Source: Styela clava (Eukaryota). From it: a stretch of 64,000 nucleotides of DNA. Both the position numbers and the translations under genes were made by a program. A model generated the notes under the pieces. The model searched no databases and was not told the DNA's origin. It saw nothing but the letters and a program-made list of their open reading frames with translations. This document shows positions 25,778 through 39,400 of the stretch, one piece after another (position 1 is the stretch's first letter; each line of letters begins with the position of its first letter). The stretch lies in the NCBI RefSeq assembly GCF_964204865.1, contig NC_135257.1, positions 23,126,001 through 23,190,000 on the forward strand, read 5' to 3'.

Positions 25778-25784
25778 TATATAA
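25778..25784 (+). promoter_or_regulatory. Candidate TATA box of copy C (equivalent TATAAA at 50586-50591 for E)
   Basis: TATATAA/TATAAA about 60 nt upstream of the ATG, in conserved context in both intact copies. All copies with a visible exon 1 share a CTACACTGAAA leader motif just before the ATG. Confidence 0.4.
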
Positions 25785-25839
25785 CAAGTTTAAAACTTTT
25801 CTTCATTCAGTCACTACTTAACTACACTGAAACCACGAG

Positions 25840-28800
25840 ATGAAAACCTCAATCATTTTTATCTTAATCTACGTCATTGCTTCATCCTGGTGCCAAGATG
25901 AAACAGTGTTTCACTGCTCTCCCAAGCCAGGTTGCCAGATTGCACAATGTGATCCGGTTGCTGTAGGATGGAACAAACCAGGTTTCATCATTGATGAACA
26001 TCTGCATGACAAAGAGTTTCCCATCACATGCAAATCTGAGAGTACGGCACAACCTCAGAATACTGCCAACTTATTTTCTTTGGTATCGAGGAATATTTTA
26101 GGCAAGTGGTTTTTTCACTGTTTAAAATACTTGGAGACAAAGCTATCTCACTATATAACAGGCGTTGTTCGTCATAGATTGAATTCATCACGCCTATTGA
26201 TGGGAAGTCTTGAGTGTCGGTAAGACTACTCTATCATACTGTTACGTTTCCCTTGCTCTCTAAATCCAATATGACGACAGGTATGGCAACTCAACATCAA
26301 AGTCAGATTCAAAAAAGTGCATCAAATTTACAACTTGTCTGATATTGATTTTGTATACCTTTTTCACAGGAGATTGTGCGTTCATTTCCTGTTTGCTGAC
26401 AATATAGCCAATTTATTTTTTTAGAGTAAAATCTTTAGTTAGGCAAAATTCATTAACTCATAGCTTGAACTGTTGCAGGCCACGCGTCGATTGTATCTCA
26501 CTAACGCTAAATTCAGAATATTTGGATATATTTTAGTGGTCTGTCGTTATATTGCTCAGAGAAGAGTTTTCTTACTTTTGAGAACTTATTTGTGCAAACA
26601 GAACTTTAAATTTTTCAATACTGATACTCAATTCCCTCAGGAGATCAGTTTCTCGCGACAATCATTTTAATGTTTCAATCAAATATCAAATGCTTGTATT
26701 ATTGAAACGCTTAAGATTGTTTCATAGTTCTCAACTTTTATTCAGATGTTAGAACTATCAAGTTAGGTCTGAAAAAATTAGAAGACAACGTCGATGAAAA
26801 CAGAAAAAACCTCGATCAATTTGAGAAAAACATGTTAGGTAAGAGTTGACGCACTCTGTTTTTGGAAGACACCTTATATTAAGTGAAAATCTGGTTTCAG
26901 CATTTAAATGTGATCGCCATTCGTGTCTTACAGAAACTGATTTAAAATTTTAAAGTTGATTTGAACAAAAGCTTTTTCATAGAAAAGGTATTTGAACCTA
27001 ATGTTTTCGCAGAACAAAAAGCTAACAATGAAATCAATAAACAATCTGACGAAGTTCGCAATCTTCGTGACAAAGCTCTTCAGCAATCTGGACAAATTAT
27101 TGATGTACTGGGAAAGTATGCAAAGCAATCTATTGAACTGAATGAACTTAAAATGAAAAACGTGGAACAATCTACCGAGATATCTGATTTGAAGAAAGGT
27201 TGGTGAATTGCATGATGTGATGAAGATTTATATTAAAATAAGTAAGGATTACTCAATTATTTGTTGACAACAGAATCTTTTTCGTACGGCATTTCTTACA
27301 AGTTCGTAATTATTAGAGAAAAATACGTGAAAATATCTAAAGGCGAAACCGCTTTAATAAAATGACAATTCTATTTGTAGCATTTTTCAACATTCTGTAA
27401 ATAGAAAAGTATTATAACGATTGTGACTGGGAAAATTTTATAAAATATTTCACGGAAAAGTTTGTAACCAGTTCATGCAGCGAAAGCATTCTCTCAATCA
27501 CTTTATTTGAAAAAGTGATATTTTGTGAAATTACTGATTTAAAAACACAGCGAAAAGGCTTGACGTGACTGTAATTTAAATAGGAGAAAAAATGACCTTA
27601 TTTTTTCGAAAGACTATAGGAACTTTTGTGAGCTTATTTGAGATTGGTGCATGTGGTCATTTATTTCCAACTCTATACTGAACAACTAAAAACGCCAGAA
27701 ATTTGTAAAGAAAGAAAAACATTGCTTAAGCTTTGTTGTTTTTGCAAGTGGCAAATAGCTGTTTTTAAACTTCATATTACCATTCAGCTATATCCCATAT
27801 TGAACAAAAACTTGCTGTTATGGAGAAGTCTCAGCTATTTCCAAATAGACCAGGGCAGATCACCAGACCAACAATAAAGTCTCGAACAACTCCTGCTCCA
27901 GGTAAATATTTAATTCAATCTAAGTTGTAGCTTATGATTCACGAATCATTCCCATTAAAGTTGATTTTAACATAAACGATATTTTCACATGCGATGGAGA
28001 CGAAGGTAATGTCAGCAAGTTATGAATGTTATTAGGATAATTGAAACCAGGAAACAACATATGCATTGTGTTATTGGCCTCATTGCATTTATTTAAGCCA
28101 GCTAGTTTGATTTGAAAATATTGAAGTTAAAGGTACCGGGTGTTTCTACCGCAACGAAATGATTAATTAATAATTATAAGTCAATATATATTTAAATAAA
28201 TAGTTGTATACTAATTCAGCAAACTGCAAATTAAAAGTCGGAAATATCTGTTATTTCGCTGCAATGTTCGATGAAATGAATGTCAACTACAATAAAGCCG
28301 TTGATATTTGTAAGAAACGTAACGCAGATGTTGGCTTGATTAGAGATGAAGAGTCTTACAATGCAATTGTGAATTACTTGAGAAGAAATATTCCAAAGGG
28401 ATGGGTGGGGATAACTATATGGACAGGAATCCACTTTGATCCAATGGTTGGTATTATATGGTTAAGCCAATTATCTTCTTGTGTAATACATCATGAGATA
28501 AGGGGAGTGTGGTGTGAGACATTACCGAATATATTTGAGACAACTTGAGTTAATTCATTAGCTATTTAAGATACTTTTTTACGTTTCACCTGTTCCTGAC
28601 TCCGGGTTAATTTACTCAGAGTTTTTTTGGGAAATTAGTATTAGCCGAGGTGACTAATCTTTTTTAATGAACAGTTTTTGTAGCTTAGATCTGGGGTGTG
28701 CAAACTGCGGCCCGCAAAGAAAAATTGTGCCGCCCGCGGAGAATTGCCAATCCCGCGAAGAATTGCCAATACACAATGTTATAAAACGTGATTCTAACTG

Positions 28801-29721
28801 AATTCGTTTAAATCTGATGTGACAATAAATTCAAATAGCAGTTTTCTTTAGAAATTTATGCGTTTTAACTCGCCAATTCTGCAAGGCCCTCTATCAATGC
28901 CGTAAGATCAATGACAAAAAGAAACAATTTTTGTGCTTGCAACTACTAAAAAGGCTATCTTAAATAAAGGTGCAGCCCGCGGCTTTGCTCAGCTCCTTTT
29001 ATTTGGCCATCCTGTGAAAATGATTGCACACCCCTGGCTTGGATGAATGTATTAGCGTTGATGTCCACTGATGTTTGAAAATAGAACCAGTATTCATTTA
29101 TTTCATGTTTACTTTGGGCCGAAAACTCGGCGTTGTAATAAATTTAAGTATATTTTACATGCAGTGGTAATTCATGTTCATTAGAGCGCTAGTGAGATTC
29201 GAACTTGTATGTTGAAAGTGCATATGAAGTTATTTGAAGTCGTTTCACAACAACCTAATTATCTAAATTGAGCACGTCTTGCACTGAACTGCTTGGAATT
29301 TAGTCATATAGTTATTGTGCAGTGGAACATTTTTGTTAAAAATCCTTGCTCAGCACGAACATGAAGTTTTACTTGATTACACGTGACAGACTAAAAATAT
29401 TTGTGGTTACATTTGACCAAGCATGGATCGCATTTTGACTGATGAAATAGATAATTGTTGATATTAAATCAAATGCATTTTTATGCACGATCTAGTTCTG
29501 GTGAATAACGCTATCCAATGTTTTTTTCTTAGACTCTTGACGTCATACCGTCTAATTCATTCACTAAATGGGGTCCAGGTCAACCCTTCACGGGAATTTA
29601 TTTTAAAGATCGTACAAATGTTTATATTGGGGTTAATTCCTACGCGAATGCTCGTAATCAAGGGATGGAGAATGCTGCTCTCACCTGGAAGCAGCATGGA
29701 GTTATTTGTGAGAACCAATGA
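25840..29721 (+). CDS. Copy C: intact secreted coiled-coil/C-type lectin-like protein (~356 aa)
   Basis: Exons 25840-26101 (signal peptide MKTSIIFILIYVIASSWC + 4-Cys domain; GC donor), 26746-26838, 27013-27198, 27788-27901, 28220-28446, 29533-29721 (TGA). The spliced sum of 1071 nt is open throughout. Confidence 0.88.
28691..29036. mobile_element. hAT/Charlie-type MITE in the CTLD intron of copy C
   Basis: TIRs CTGGGGTGTGCAA / TTGCACACCCCTG, subterminal GCGGCCCGC motifs, TSD GCTTAGAT / GCTTGGAT. Confidence 0.85.
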
Positions 29722-30437
29722 AACGTCTGCCTGATTGTATTTCGTTCTTCTAGATCCATCATCGATTAAAATATTAATCATTATTACAGTAAATATCAAT
29801 CAATAATTAACACAAATAATAACTAGTTAAACTAAATTGCGTTTGATAACGATAATTCTCAATGTTTGAATTTTTTAGTTCTGCAAACTCTTCCGTTGAA
29901 ATTGTAGTTTAGTTAAATAGGAATTGATTGAATTTTTTGTCAAATTGATTTGTTTTAGAATATAAATTTGAGAACTCATTAACTAGTAATAAATTCAGAT
30001 TTTGTTTGATATATATTGGCAAGGTTTGGAGTCTTAAATTTGATTTACCCAAGTTTATACGTATAAATATAGTGATGTCACAAATTTGGCTGCAATGTTA
30101 AAAATTTTTACATGAAATTCCATGGTAGCAATTTTTACGGTATTTTCCACTTAAAGTTACTCAATTTGCCATGTCAAAATTACAGAACAATCCCGTTTTC
30201 ACAGCCCAAATTGCAGGGAGTTCCCAGTAATATTTATCAGACTTTCCGAGTTGATTTCACGTTTCATCTTAATTCCAAGTGAAACCAACCTGCTTTTCCC
30301 TGTAGAAAGTACACGACTTGCATGTATACTTGACATGGATGTTCGTGTAGTATGCGTGATAGAATTTCCCTGTATATGCAGTTACAGGGAATTCATTGGC
30401 AGCAATTCAAACTTGGAATTCCGTGTATTCTCTAAGT

Positions 30438-31280
30438 CAGGGATGTCTAACCCGCGGGCTGCATGCGGCCAACTTGAAGTTTTTATATAAATACGGACAT
30501 AAAAACATATTTACCATAAAAATTACCTGGTATGATATAAAATCTTACTAGAATTTAGGCTGTAATTTAAATTTCAAGCGACTCCGCCATAAGAAAAGCG
30601 TTTTTAAGCGCCATAGAACATGATTCCACAGAAAGCCACTCAAAGGGAAAATCTGTGGCGATACAATGAGTTTGCCATCCATTCTGAAATCACATACCGG
30701 TACTTGTTTTATTGATGATTGTTGAACCACAAAAAACAAATCCACCGGTATATCTGGAACAAAAAAGAGGAAGCTTGAGGATGAAAATCGGGAATATCAA
30801 AAGGATTGGGAAGAGTTGTAAGACAACGATGTATGCCTAATAAGCCGTAAAGATGTCTAATAATTTGAAAATTATGAAGTCAAAGAATAGGAGTAAGCTG
30901 ACGAGCAAAAATTTGACAAGCCAGTTAGTTACATTGTGCGGTATCAAAACTACCCGTTGATATTAAACAGTTGAGCAATGACAATCGAGAGCAAGTTTTG
31001 CACTAGAAAAATTGGTGACTTTTTTTCCCCTTCATTTTTTACGCCAATGTATGTGCATTTTGCATAAAAGTTGAGTTGAATTTCATGGTCTTGGTGTACA
31101 TCTTGTGTTCAGAAATTCGCAAAAGCGTTGTGCAATCTAGGCAATTGATTCAGCGACGCTCAAATTCTAACGTACATCGGAATTGGGTTGGTATTCAAGT
31201 TTGGTAAAAACGTTTGCGGCCCGCAATGAATTTCCCCATGTGAAAGTGGCCCGCGACACTAAAAAGGTTGGACATGCCTG
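30438..31280 (+). mobile_element. Non-autonomous hAT/Charlie (SPIN/GTF2IRD2-like) deletion derivative
   Basis: TIRs CAGGGATGTCTAAC / GTTGGACATGCCTG, perfect TSD CTCTAAGT on both sides, internal remnant KKRKLEDENREYQKDWEEL (~30761-30817) typical of Charlie transposase N-termini. Confidence 0.88.
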
Positions 31281-32799
31281 CTCTAAGTAACACCCAATCT
31301 TATGACAGATCAACTAAAACAAACTTAGAGAAGTTTATTCTCAAAAACAAATCACCAAAAAATTAAACATAAAAATCACAGGCACAGACAGGGGGCGTGG
31401 TTAACGACCCCAAAACTTTCAATATGTTTTAAGGTGATTTTTAAGCATATTTTCCATTACTATATGTCATCGAAATAACAAGTTTCTCAGCATGCCCCAA
31501 ATCTTAAGACAATTTCCAAATGAACCCAAGCTAGCAATCCTAATATTTGACCCCCACCCCCCAAAACATATATATTTTTCGGCTTCCAAATGGTTACGGT
31601 TGAAATCTGAAGAACAGTACAATATATTAATCGAGTTTGATTTGAAAATTAGTGGATTTCTCAAAATCAGGTTTTCGTGGGGAATTTTAACAAAAAACAG
31701 CCAAAAATATTTTCATTTTAATATAGTCTGGAGCGATTTTCTAGAGTTTCGATTCTCCAGTGCGGTATTCCTTGCATTCTAAGTAAATAGGTCTTGAATA
31801 ATTGAATACCGAAATATGTTGAATAACTTTTTGGCAAGCAAAAAGACTGAAAATTATTCAGAAAAAGATGTTTTTTTCTCTAGATTTCCAACAGGTCAAT
31901 TTAGGTACTGATATACATAGTCACCCATCTCTCGCTCATTGTACCGCCATTAATAATGGACGTTCACAAATTCAATATGCATATTGAACACGTAAACGTC
32001 TTTAACCAATGACAGTACTATGAGCAAAGGATAGGCGAATGGCTATGAGGACTCACTCGTAAAATCTACTTGGACAATAGTTGAAAATCTAGAAAAATAC
32101 AACTTGTTTGATCGATTTTGATTTTTTTTAAATCTAGATGTCTTACATAGAATACAAGGAATATAACTATAAAATATCAAAACTCTAGAGAGAAATTGCA
32201 CCAGACTATTACAATGAAAGTTTTCATACAATTTTCTACAAAAAATAAAACGATTTTAGGGAAATCCCCCATCTTCACAAAACCGAACTTTAAAAAGAAA
32301 AAATGTGATTTCCTCAAAGTAAGCTAACAGGGAAACTGGATTAAAAAAAAAAACTGTGAGTTTTTTCGTTACACAGTGTATTCGAAATTATATATAGTGA
32401 GTTCGCATATTTTAGAGGTTGCTATTTTCTTCAGCAACCTCCGAACCTTCGAGTTGATCTCATGTCGAATTTCCTTTTCTTCAGTTTTACTGTCTGCTTA
32501 CTGAAATATCTGAAAAGGAAAGAGGTCATAAATCCGAAGAAAACATATATGCACAATTAGCAAGTGCCAGCCAATATTCAGGCAGGTGTTGACAACCCCA
32601 TTATGTCAAATACAAAGTCAGAGAAACACGCACATCTCGTCTGTTTTTTAACTCCATATAAAGTTCTAGTATAATTCTTGCTATTCAGCACAACTAATAA
32701 TCCTGCACAGCAGTCAAGTTAGAATCTGGGTAGTTGTATGCAAAAAAATATATTTACTCACTATCATTAAGTTGTCATAAAATGCTCAATAGAGGTTGT

Positions 32800-33620
32800 T
32801 TCAACCTACCTTCGAATGAACTCAAGAATAGAAGCAGTCTTCTTTGGGTACACCAAAGGCAAAAATATGCCATGAATAAATACGTTATTCCATTAAAAAA
32901 TCCTCCACTGTTGCCAATATTATTCTCTCAATAGACATATAGTAAGAATATTAGAATGTCAGAGAACCCCCTGTAAAAAAGGAAAGTGTACTTAGCTCAA
33001 ACCCAAAGTCTACATATTTGGAGAGACTTATAACGCAGTGCTATTGACACACATCAAGATAAGATGGTGGATCGTTTTGCCTAAGAACAGGAAAACCGCA
33101 GTGTGAACAGCAAAAAATGAGTCTCGAGTGTATAACATGAGAAATCACAATACTACTTGCGGACGAGCACGTGGAAGATATATTTAAAAACAGGTCTTAT
33201 TCATCATTGCTCAAATTTGGCCGATTCTAGCACAATTGGCAAGGAATTAATGGTAATATTAGAGATTTAGGAAACATAATATCGAAGTTATATGCTTTGT
33301 GAGTGTGCCACTTGATTTTTTTGTTTATTATGACCACATATGGTAAAAGCACTTCTCTCTGTAATCTACTACGTAGAAATGCATTATTGGCTACACTTAC
33401 CTGCAGACATTGATCGATTTTTTGTCGAGGTTATTGAGAAACTCATTTTGCCCTGCTTTGTAAGTGGAATGTTCGTCTAGAAACCCACTCTCAAATAGGA
33501 AGGGCCACCCTGTCTGAATGTCTGCAATCGGCAAATTGTTACAGTAGACTATTGATATCACGTCTGTGTTCCGTGTGTTGCTTTCATAATATGGTATCTC
33601 CCGCAATAACTGCAACTTTT
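32800..33620 (-). pseudogene. Possible decayed exons of an uncharacterised SAMD3-like, transposon-associated gene
   Basis: Minus-strand fragments ...IADIQTGWPFLF... (ORF 33615-33397, AG|GTAAGT donor) and LFMAYF/LVYPKKTASILEFIRR (~32880-32810) resemble motifs I associate with that family. Frameshifted and recognised from memory only. Confidence 0.3.
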
Positions 33621-33921
33621 ACAAATTTCTTATACCCTAATTGTAACATGCTCTAATTGAGATTCTTGACAATCATGCTAGAAGTTTGAAAAGATTTCTG
33701 ACAACTTGTTAATGAACAATTTAAATCCATTTTTGGAGCATTTACATATAGGCCTATAAGTCATCTTAACTTTCTGACATTATATAGCTATCACATAGTT
33801 TGGTAATATACTGGTATCGCCTACCCATCAGTATAACTCAAACCTCCTACATTGATCAACTTCCTCATTAAAACGGAAGAACTCGCCTTCTTGGTCAATG
33901 GCGGATCGCGGTTCGTGACAG

Positions 33922-34212
33922 TCACCATCTTCTAGCTAGCAGACGCTTTAGACCTGCCGCCTCCCTCACAGAGCGTTCGTCCCAAACCGGAGAACTCTGA
34001 ATGCCATTGAAACACTCAATGAGCTCAGACCTAATTTCGGACACGCCCTGCACCACGCGTGATTGGAAGTTCCAACGTGTTGGTGCACAAGCTGGGAGAC
34101 GGCGGCTACATATTTGGCGAAGGAGGTCAGAGCGATTCGGCGAAACGGAAAAAAATGAAGAAAACCCCGAAACCTTTGCAAAAAATATACGGACGAGAGC
34201 GGTATCAAGACA
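33922..34212 (-). mobile_element. Internal fragment of the same hAT transposase
   Basis: Near-identical to ~17654-17941 (ORF 34001 MPLKHSMSSD... equals ORF 17729). No matching TIR pair seen. Confidence 0.85.
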
Positions 34213-36408
34213 CAGTGTAGTCGAGTGTAGTCAGGAAGCGTCTGCTTCCAAAAATATCCGAATGCGGTAAATTTTCAAGCATAAAAGCAACGCAATGGAA
34301 ATACATCAGTATAGTTTTAGATCGACTATATGAAGGCGACTGGTTGATAGAATAGTTCGCAAGATTTTTAGAGTTCGAAAAAATGGAACCTCCTATGATG
34401 CTGGTAATATTTGGAAACATTCCGTTTGTGATGAGAAGTCTCGATATTGTTGACTTGAATTGATTAGTTTTAAAACCAGATATTATCAAACGCAAAAGCA
34501 TATGATAGTTGGGTAACCGAGAGCACTTTAGTGCGAAAGCCCAATCAGTGCTAGAAATCGTTGCGCGTAGGCCAAGAAACGTAGTACGTAGCCTAACTAT
34601 ATTTAGGGTTTCTGCGTAAAACGAAGGTTTCCTAGGAAACTGTCGGGCCGATCCGGACGAAACTTGGCATGTAGGTCGGGGATCGTGTCCATATGATCGG
34701 CCATAGGAAGTGGGCCCACACGGGATTTCAGTAAATCGGGCTTTTAAAGGCCGTTTATCTCGATTTCCGGGGCGGGAAAGCGTTTGCCCGAATATTGGGA
34801 ATTTTTTCAAGTAGTATTGGCGGTGGGAGTGAAGTCTCCGCCCCCTAAGTAGTGGAAAACACGTGGAAAGCCACGCCCACTTGGGGCAATTGATTTCGGA
34901 CGATTCTGAGCACTTGGAATGGGATTTCTGGCAAAGCGATGTTCGATTGTTGAAGAGAATAATTAATCGAATATTTCACCGTCATCAACTTGGTAATTCC
35001 CCCTACCCTTAACGCTCAAGTGACATCGGAACGTTGCGCACCTCAGATTAAAGCTATCAAGAAACAAAGTAGATAAGAATAGTTGGAAAAATTAGTTAAA
35101 TGCTTCTTTCAAGATTTTTTTTTCCCTCACTTCCCAGTCACGCTCCAGCGATTCTGGCTTATTTATGGCCTCTGAGAGATCCCAGCAGAAATCTAAAGAC
35201 ATGGGCTCGGCTGGAAAAATTATTCGAATCACTTCCAGGTGGAATTTTTTCCCCATACTCTCCAGTCACGCTCCAGTGACTTTGGCTTATTGTATGCCTC
35301 TTAGAGGTTTTGTTAGGAATCTGAAAAGATGAGTATGACTTGAAATATCGTTTGAATAATTTTTAAACCGAGTTTTTTTTCTTTAACACCTAGTACGATG
35401 ATTTTATATTATACCTCGAAAACGGTAACAGGTAGAGATGTCATATTTGGGTGATACAAGGTAATTGAGGTCAAGTTTTTCAAACAAAAATTGTCACCAC
35501 GGTTGAGTGATCACAGACACCAAAATTAATAAAACTCGACTTCCGTTAGAAGTGACTGTTTTATGATGTGTTATTTAAAGTTTTAAACAACTCAACGGTC
35601 AAAAGACTTCGGGAGTAGCGCGCTGGACAATTTCCGCCATTCGTACGGCGCAACAACCTATGTTCTTCCATCGCACACCTAATGAGCGTCCGCTTTTTAC
35701 CTTGTCCGAAACGTTTTCTTACGATTCCCCTCGCAGCTATGGACGAAGGAGCGACTTCTCCTGTATGTTGTCAAGACTTCCAGGAGACTGCAATATGTGT
35801 TGATAGATTATGGCCAACATCAATATAATAACACAAATATTCTGATCATTAGTGCGATATAAGCAAGGAGAGTAGCAAATAATTATCAATATGCTTCATA
35901 GACAGTTAAACAAAGCCACTCCGTCTTTATAGAAGATCACCGCTACTTTAGCATATGTTGCTCTAAAAATGTTATACACCTTCTAATAAGGCCACGTGTG
36001 GATAACCTATGCCATTTTCAAAAGGCTTGAGCTGATTCTGAAATGATCATTTTTAAAATTTTTTACGCCCCATTTTAAAAGCATATGCCTTTATCTTAAA
36101 TCGACTACGCTTTACAAAACGGTCATATCTTTTATGAATTTGCAATGTCGCTTCCAAATTAACTTTTCCTATGCTATAAATTCTACGCTCATTTTTTATT
36201 GTTACTATCTCGGCTACAGATAGCGTTGTCTAATGTACGGGTTTTCAAAGCAGATCAAACATGCTCTGTGTCCGTTTGGAAAAACCATGATTCCTTGGAA
36301 AATGCTTTTGAATTTTTAATTTTACATTGACATAACGGAATGAACTTTTTAATTTCAACTCAAATTTTTTTTAATATAGTTTTTACTTTTCTACACTGAA
36401 ACCACGAA

Positions 36409-39400
36409 ATGAAAATCTCAATAGTTTTCATATTAATCTAGGTCATCGCTTTATGCTGGTGTCAAGATGAACCGAGTTTCACTGTTCACCCAAGCCTGGT
36501 TGTCAGATTGCACATCGTGATTCGGGCAGACTAACTTTTGACATTGATAAACATACCAAAGAATATCCGATCTCATGCAAGTCCAATAGTACTGTCCTTA
36601 GCTGTCTTGATTTGGCATCCAGAAATTTGGGTAAAATTTTTTCTTTATCTTCTTGTGTAAGTGTAATTAAGTTGTGTAATTAACAAACTATTGTTTTAAT
36701 TAGGCTGAGTTTTGCGTTATTATCTACCAAGAAATAAGGTTTTTCGATATTTTGCATGATGCAATCGAATCTAAAAAAAAAAACTTTTATTCAGATATCA
36801 CAAATATCAGAATAGGATTGAAAAAATTGGAAAACAGGTTTGATGAAAAAATGGAGAGTTTCGGTAAAGAAATTTTTGCTCAGTGCCGATAGTTTCTTAT
36901 TACAGTAAAATGCAAATTTTCCCACACTTTGTGATTTCTGTTCTGTTTATTTTAAACTTTTATTTCAACCCTAAGTACTCGAACATACAGCCAACTGTTT
37001 AACCAAAAATAATCCTTCAAAACAAATGAGTGAAAGCTCCAAAAAATGTAAGAAAGTGAACTAAAGACCTTAAGCGATATTAATTCATAAGAATCTCCTT
37101 GTTTTTAGGTCTAGGCTGTTGATGGGCGCCAGATGCTTCCAGTCACTTCTTGGCTCCTGCTTTTTTATTGACCTTAGCTGCTGCCTTGGTTTTTTTCACA
37201 TTCCCGGTCTTTTTGGTAGTTTCCTTGATGTCGTTAAATTTGAAATAAACGATCTATTGAGGGAAACTACGAAACAGTCTGATAAGATCAGAGAATTGAA
37301 GGAAGTTTGGTGGAAGGAAGGAAAGATTATTGCAACAGTGTGATGCTTGTTATACTGTTATTGCTAAACTGAGTGAAATGATTTGCAATTCCGTAAAGTC
37401 AAGTGCTAACCATCGCTATCAACATTAAATCATACTCGAGTTTTCAACGCTCTAAGTTATTCTTAATCTTTTTCATATTTTCAGTGCCCGAAGGTTTTTG
37501 GCAATAATACAGTACAATAATTTTACCAAAACGAGGGAAATCAGAGTCTTCTATTTATATGTCCCAATCTTATTTCAATACTGCAACGAATGTGTGTCTT
37601 GATCTACTGGATAATCATATTTTTAGACTTGGTTGAAATTCAAGAAATGAATGAAAAGTTGGTAGAAGAAAACAATAAGATGAAGAGAGGTGAAAACCAT
37701 CAAAAGGGCCTGAATACTGTTGTTCTAGCTTATAGAGATGTTTTACATATTTTCTGGACTCTGGTAACTGCTATGACAAACATGGCTATTTTAACTGCTG
37801 CTTCGAAATCCTATATAGGTTACAATGGTAAACAATATAATATTTCATACTGAGCAGCTGAATGTTATTTTAAATGTTATTCTTTCATTAGATTTGATTA
37901 AAGTACAAGAAATGAATGAGGAGTTGAGAGATGACAACGAAAAGATGGAGAAAGGTAAAATATGTCGAATAATTTTCGTTATTGACATTGTAGTTTGCTG
38001 GGAAATATTTTAGTGCAGTGTGAGTACATTTACTGGGATATATTTTAGGAAAAATGGGACATCTCCGAAATCGTATACGTATCCCATAAACATGATGAGA
38101 ATTATATTTGTAACATTTTCCAACAATCTGTACGACCTGGGGATTTTGTGTTTGTCAGAAGTAAATTATTGTGACGTATGAAACAGGGGGCATTTTTACA
38201 AATTAGAATTTCTTACGAAATATTACATTGCAAAGTTGGTGACAGTTTATGCAGTGAAAACATTCTCCCAAACTATTCAAGTAAAGAAATGATATTTTTT
38301 TAAATTATTGCAACGAAACACATCACACGAAAATGCTTGCCGTGGCTGTAATATAAATGAAAAAAACCAGTAAACATTTCAATAGAACATCATTTTTCCG
38401 AAGGAATATCAGAACTATCTTATGAATATCAGAGTATGTTTAAAATCAGAAAATATTCCACTAATTTTTCATTTCTACCAATGAACAATTAAAAACGCTA
38501 GAGACTTGTAACGATTGAAACTCGCATAAAGGCGTTGTTGTTTTGGAAAGTGGTAGATAGCTGGAGGAGGTGTCTAATATTAATTATATGATAATTTAGC
38601 GATATCCAGGATTGAACAAACACTTGCTGTTATGGAGAAGCCTCAGAAGCTTCTAAATAGATCCGGGCAGATTAACAGACCAACAACAAAGACTCGAGGA
38701 ACATTGAAACCAACTCCTCCTCCAGGTGAATAATTCATCCAATCCAAGTTGTAATTTGTGAACAGTTGATGTATCATTCGCATTAAAGCAATTATAAAAC
38801 AAAACGATATCCCTACATTCGATGGAGCCGAAGCCGAGTAATGTCAGCAAGTTATAAATGTTATTGGATTTTCTTCTGCATAATAACAACCAAAAAAAAA
38901 ACCTACTCATTGTTTTATTTGCTTCATTACATTTTCTCAAGCCGGTTAGTTTGATTTGGGATATTGAAGTACTCTTTGAAGGTGCACCTTTTTCAAAACA
39001 AGGTATGATCAATATTTATTACTCGATAAATTTTCACGTGTACAGATATTTTATTTCAGAAAACTGAAAATTGAAGATTGGAAATATCTGTTATTTCGCT
39101 GTGATATATCATAAGCAGAATGTCAACTATGACAAAGCAGTTGATATCTGTAAGAAACGTAACGCAGATGTTGGTTTGATTCGAGATGAAGAATCTTACA
39201 ATGCGGTTATGAATTACTTGAGAAAGAATATTCCAACGAAACAGACGTGGGTTCATATATATATATAAGGATCAACTTTGATCCAATGGATAGTATCATA
39301 AAGGTATGCCAATTATTCTCATATGTAGGAATATAAAATACCTCACGAGATGGGCAAAGTGTTAGTCAAAGATGTTTAAGACAAATTGGGTTAGTTCATT

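Noticed and set aside
32258-32270. NF-kB-like site GGGAAATCCCC
   Set aside because: Single occurrence in repeat-like intergenic DNA, about 4 kb from a pseudogene and not conserved upstream of other copies.
34205-34810. 201-aa minus-strand ORF (and the 174-aa ORF at 58446-58970)
   Set aside because: They span junctions of unrelated repeats, have no recognisable domain, and are not conserved as ORFs in the homologous copy.
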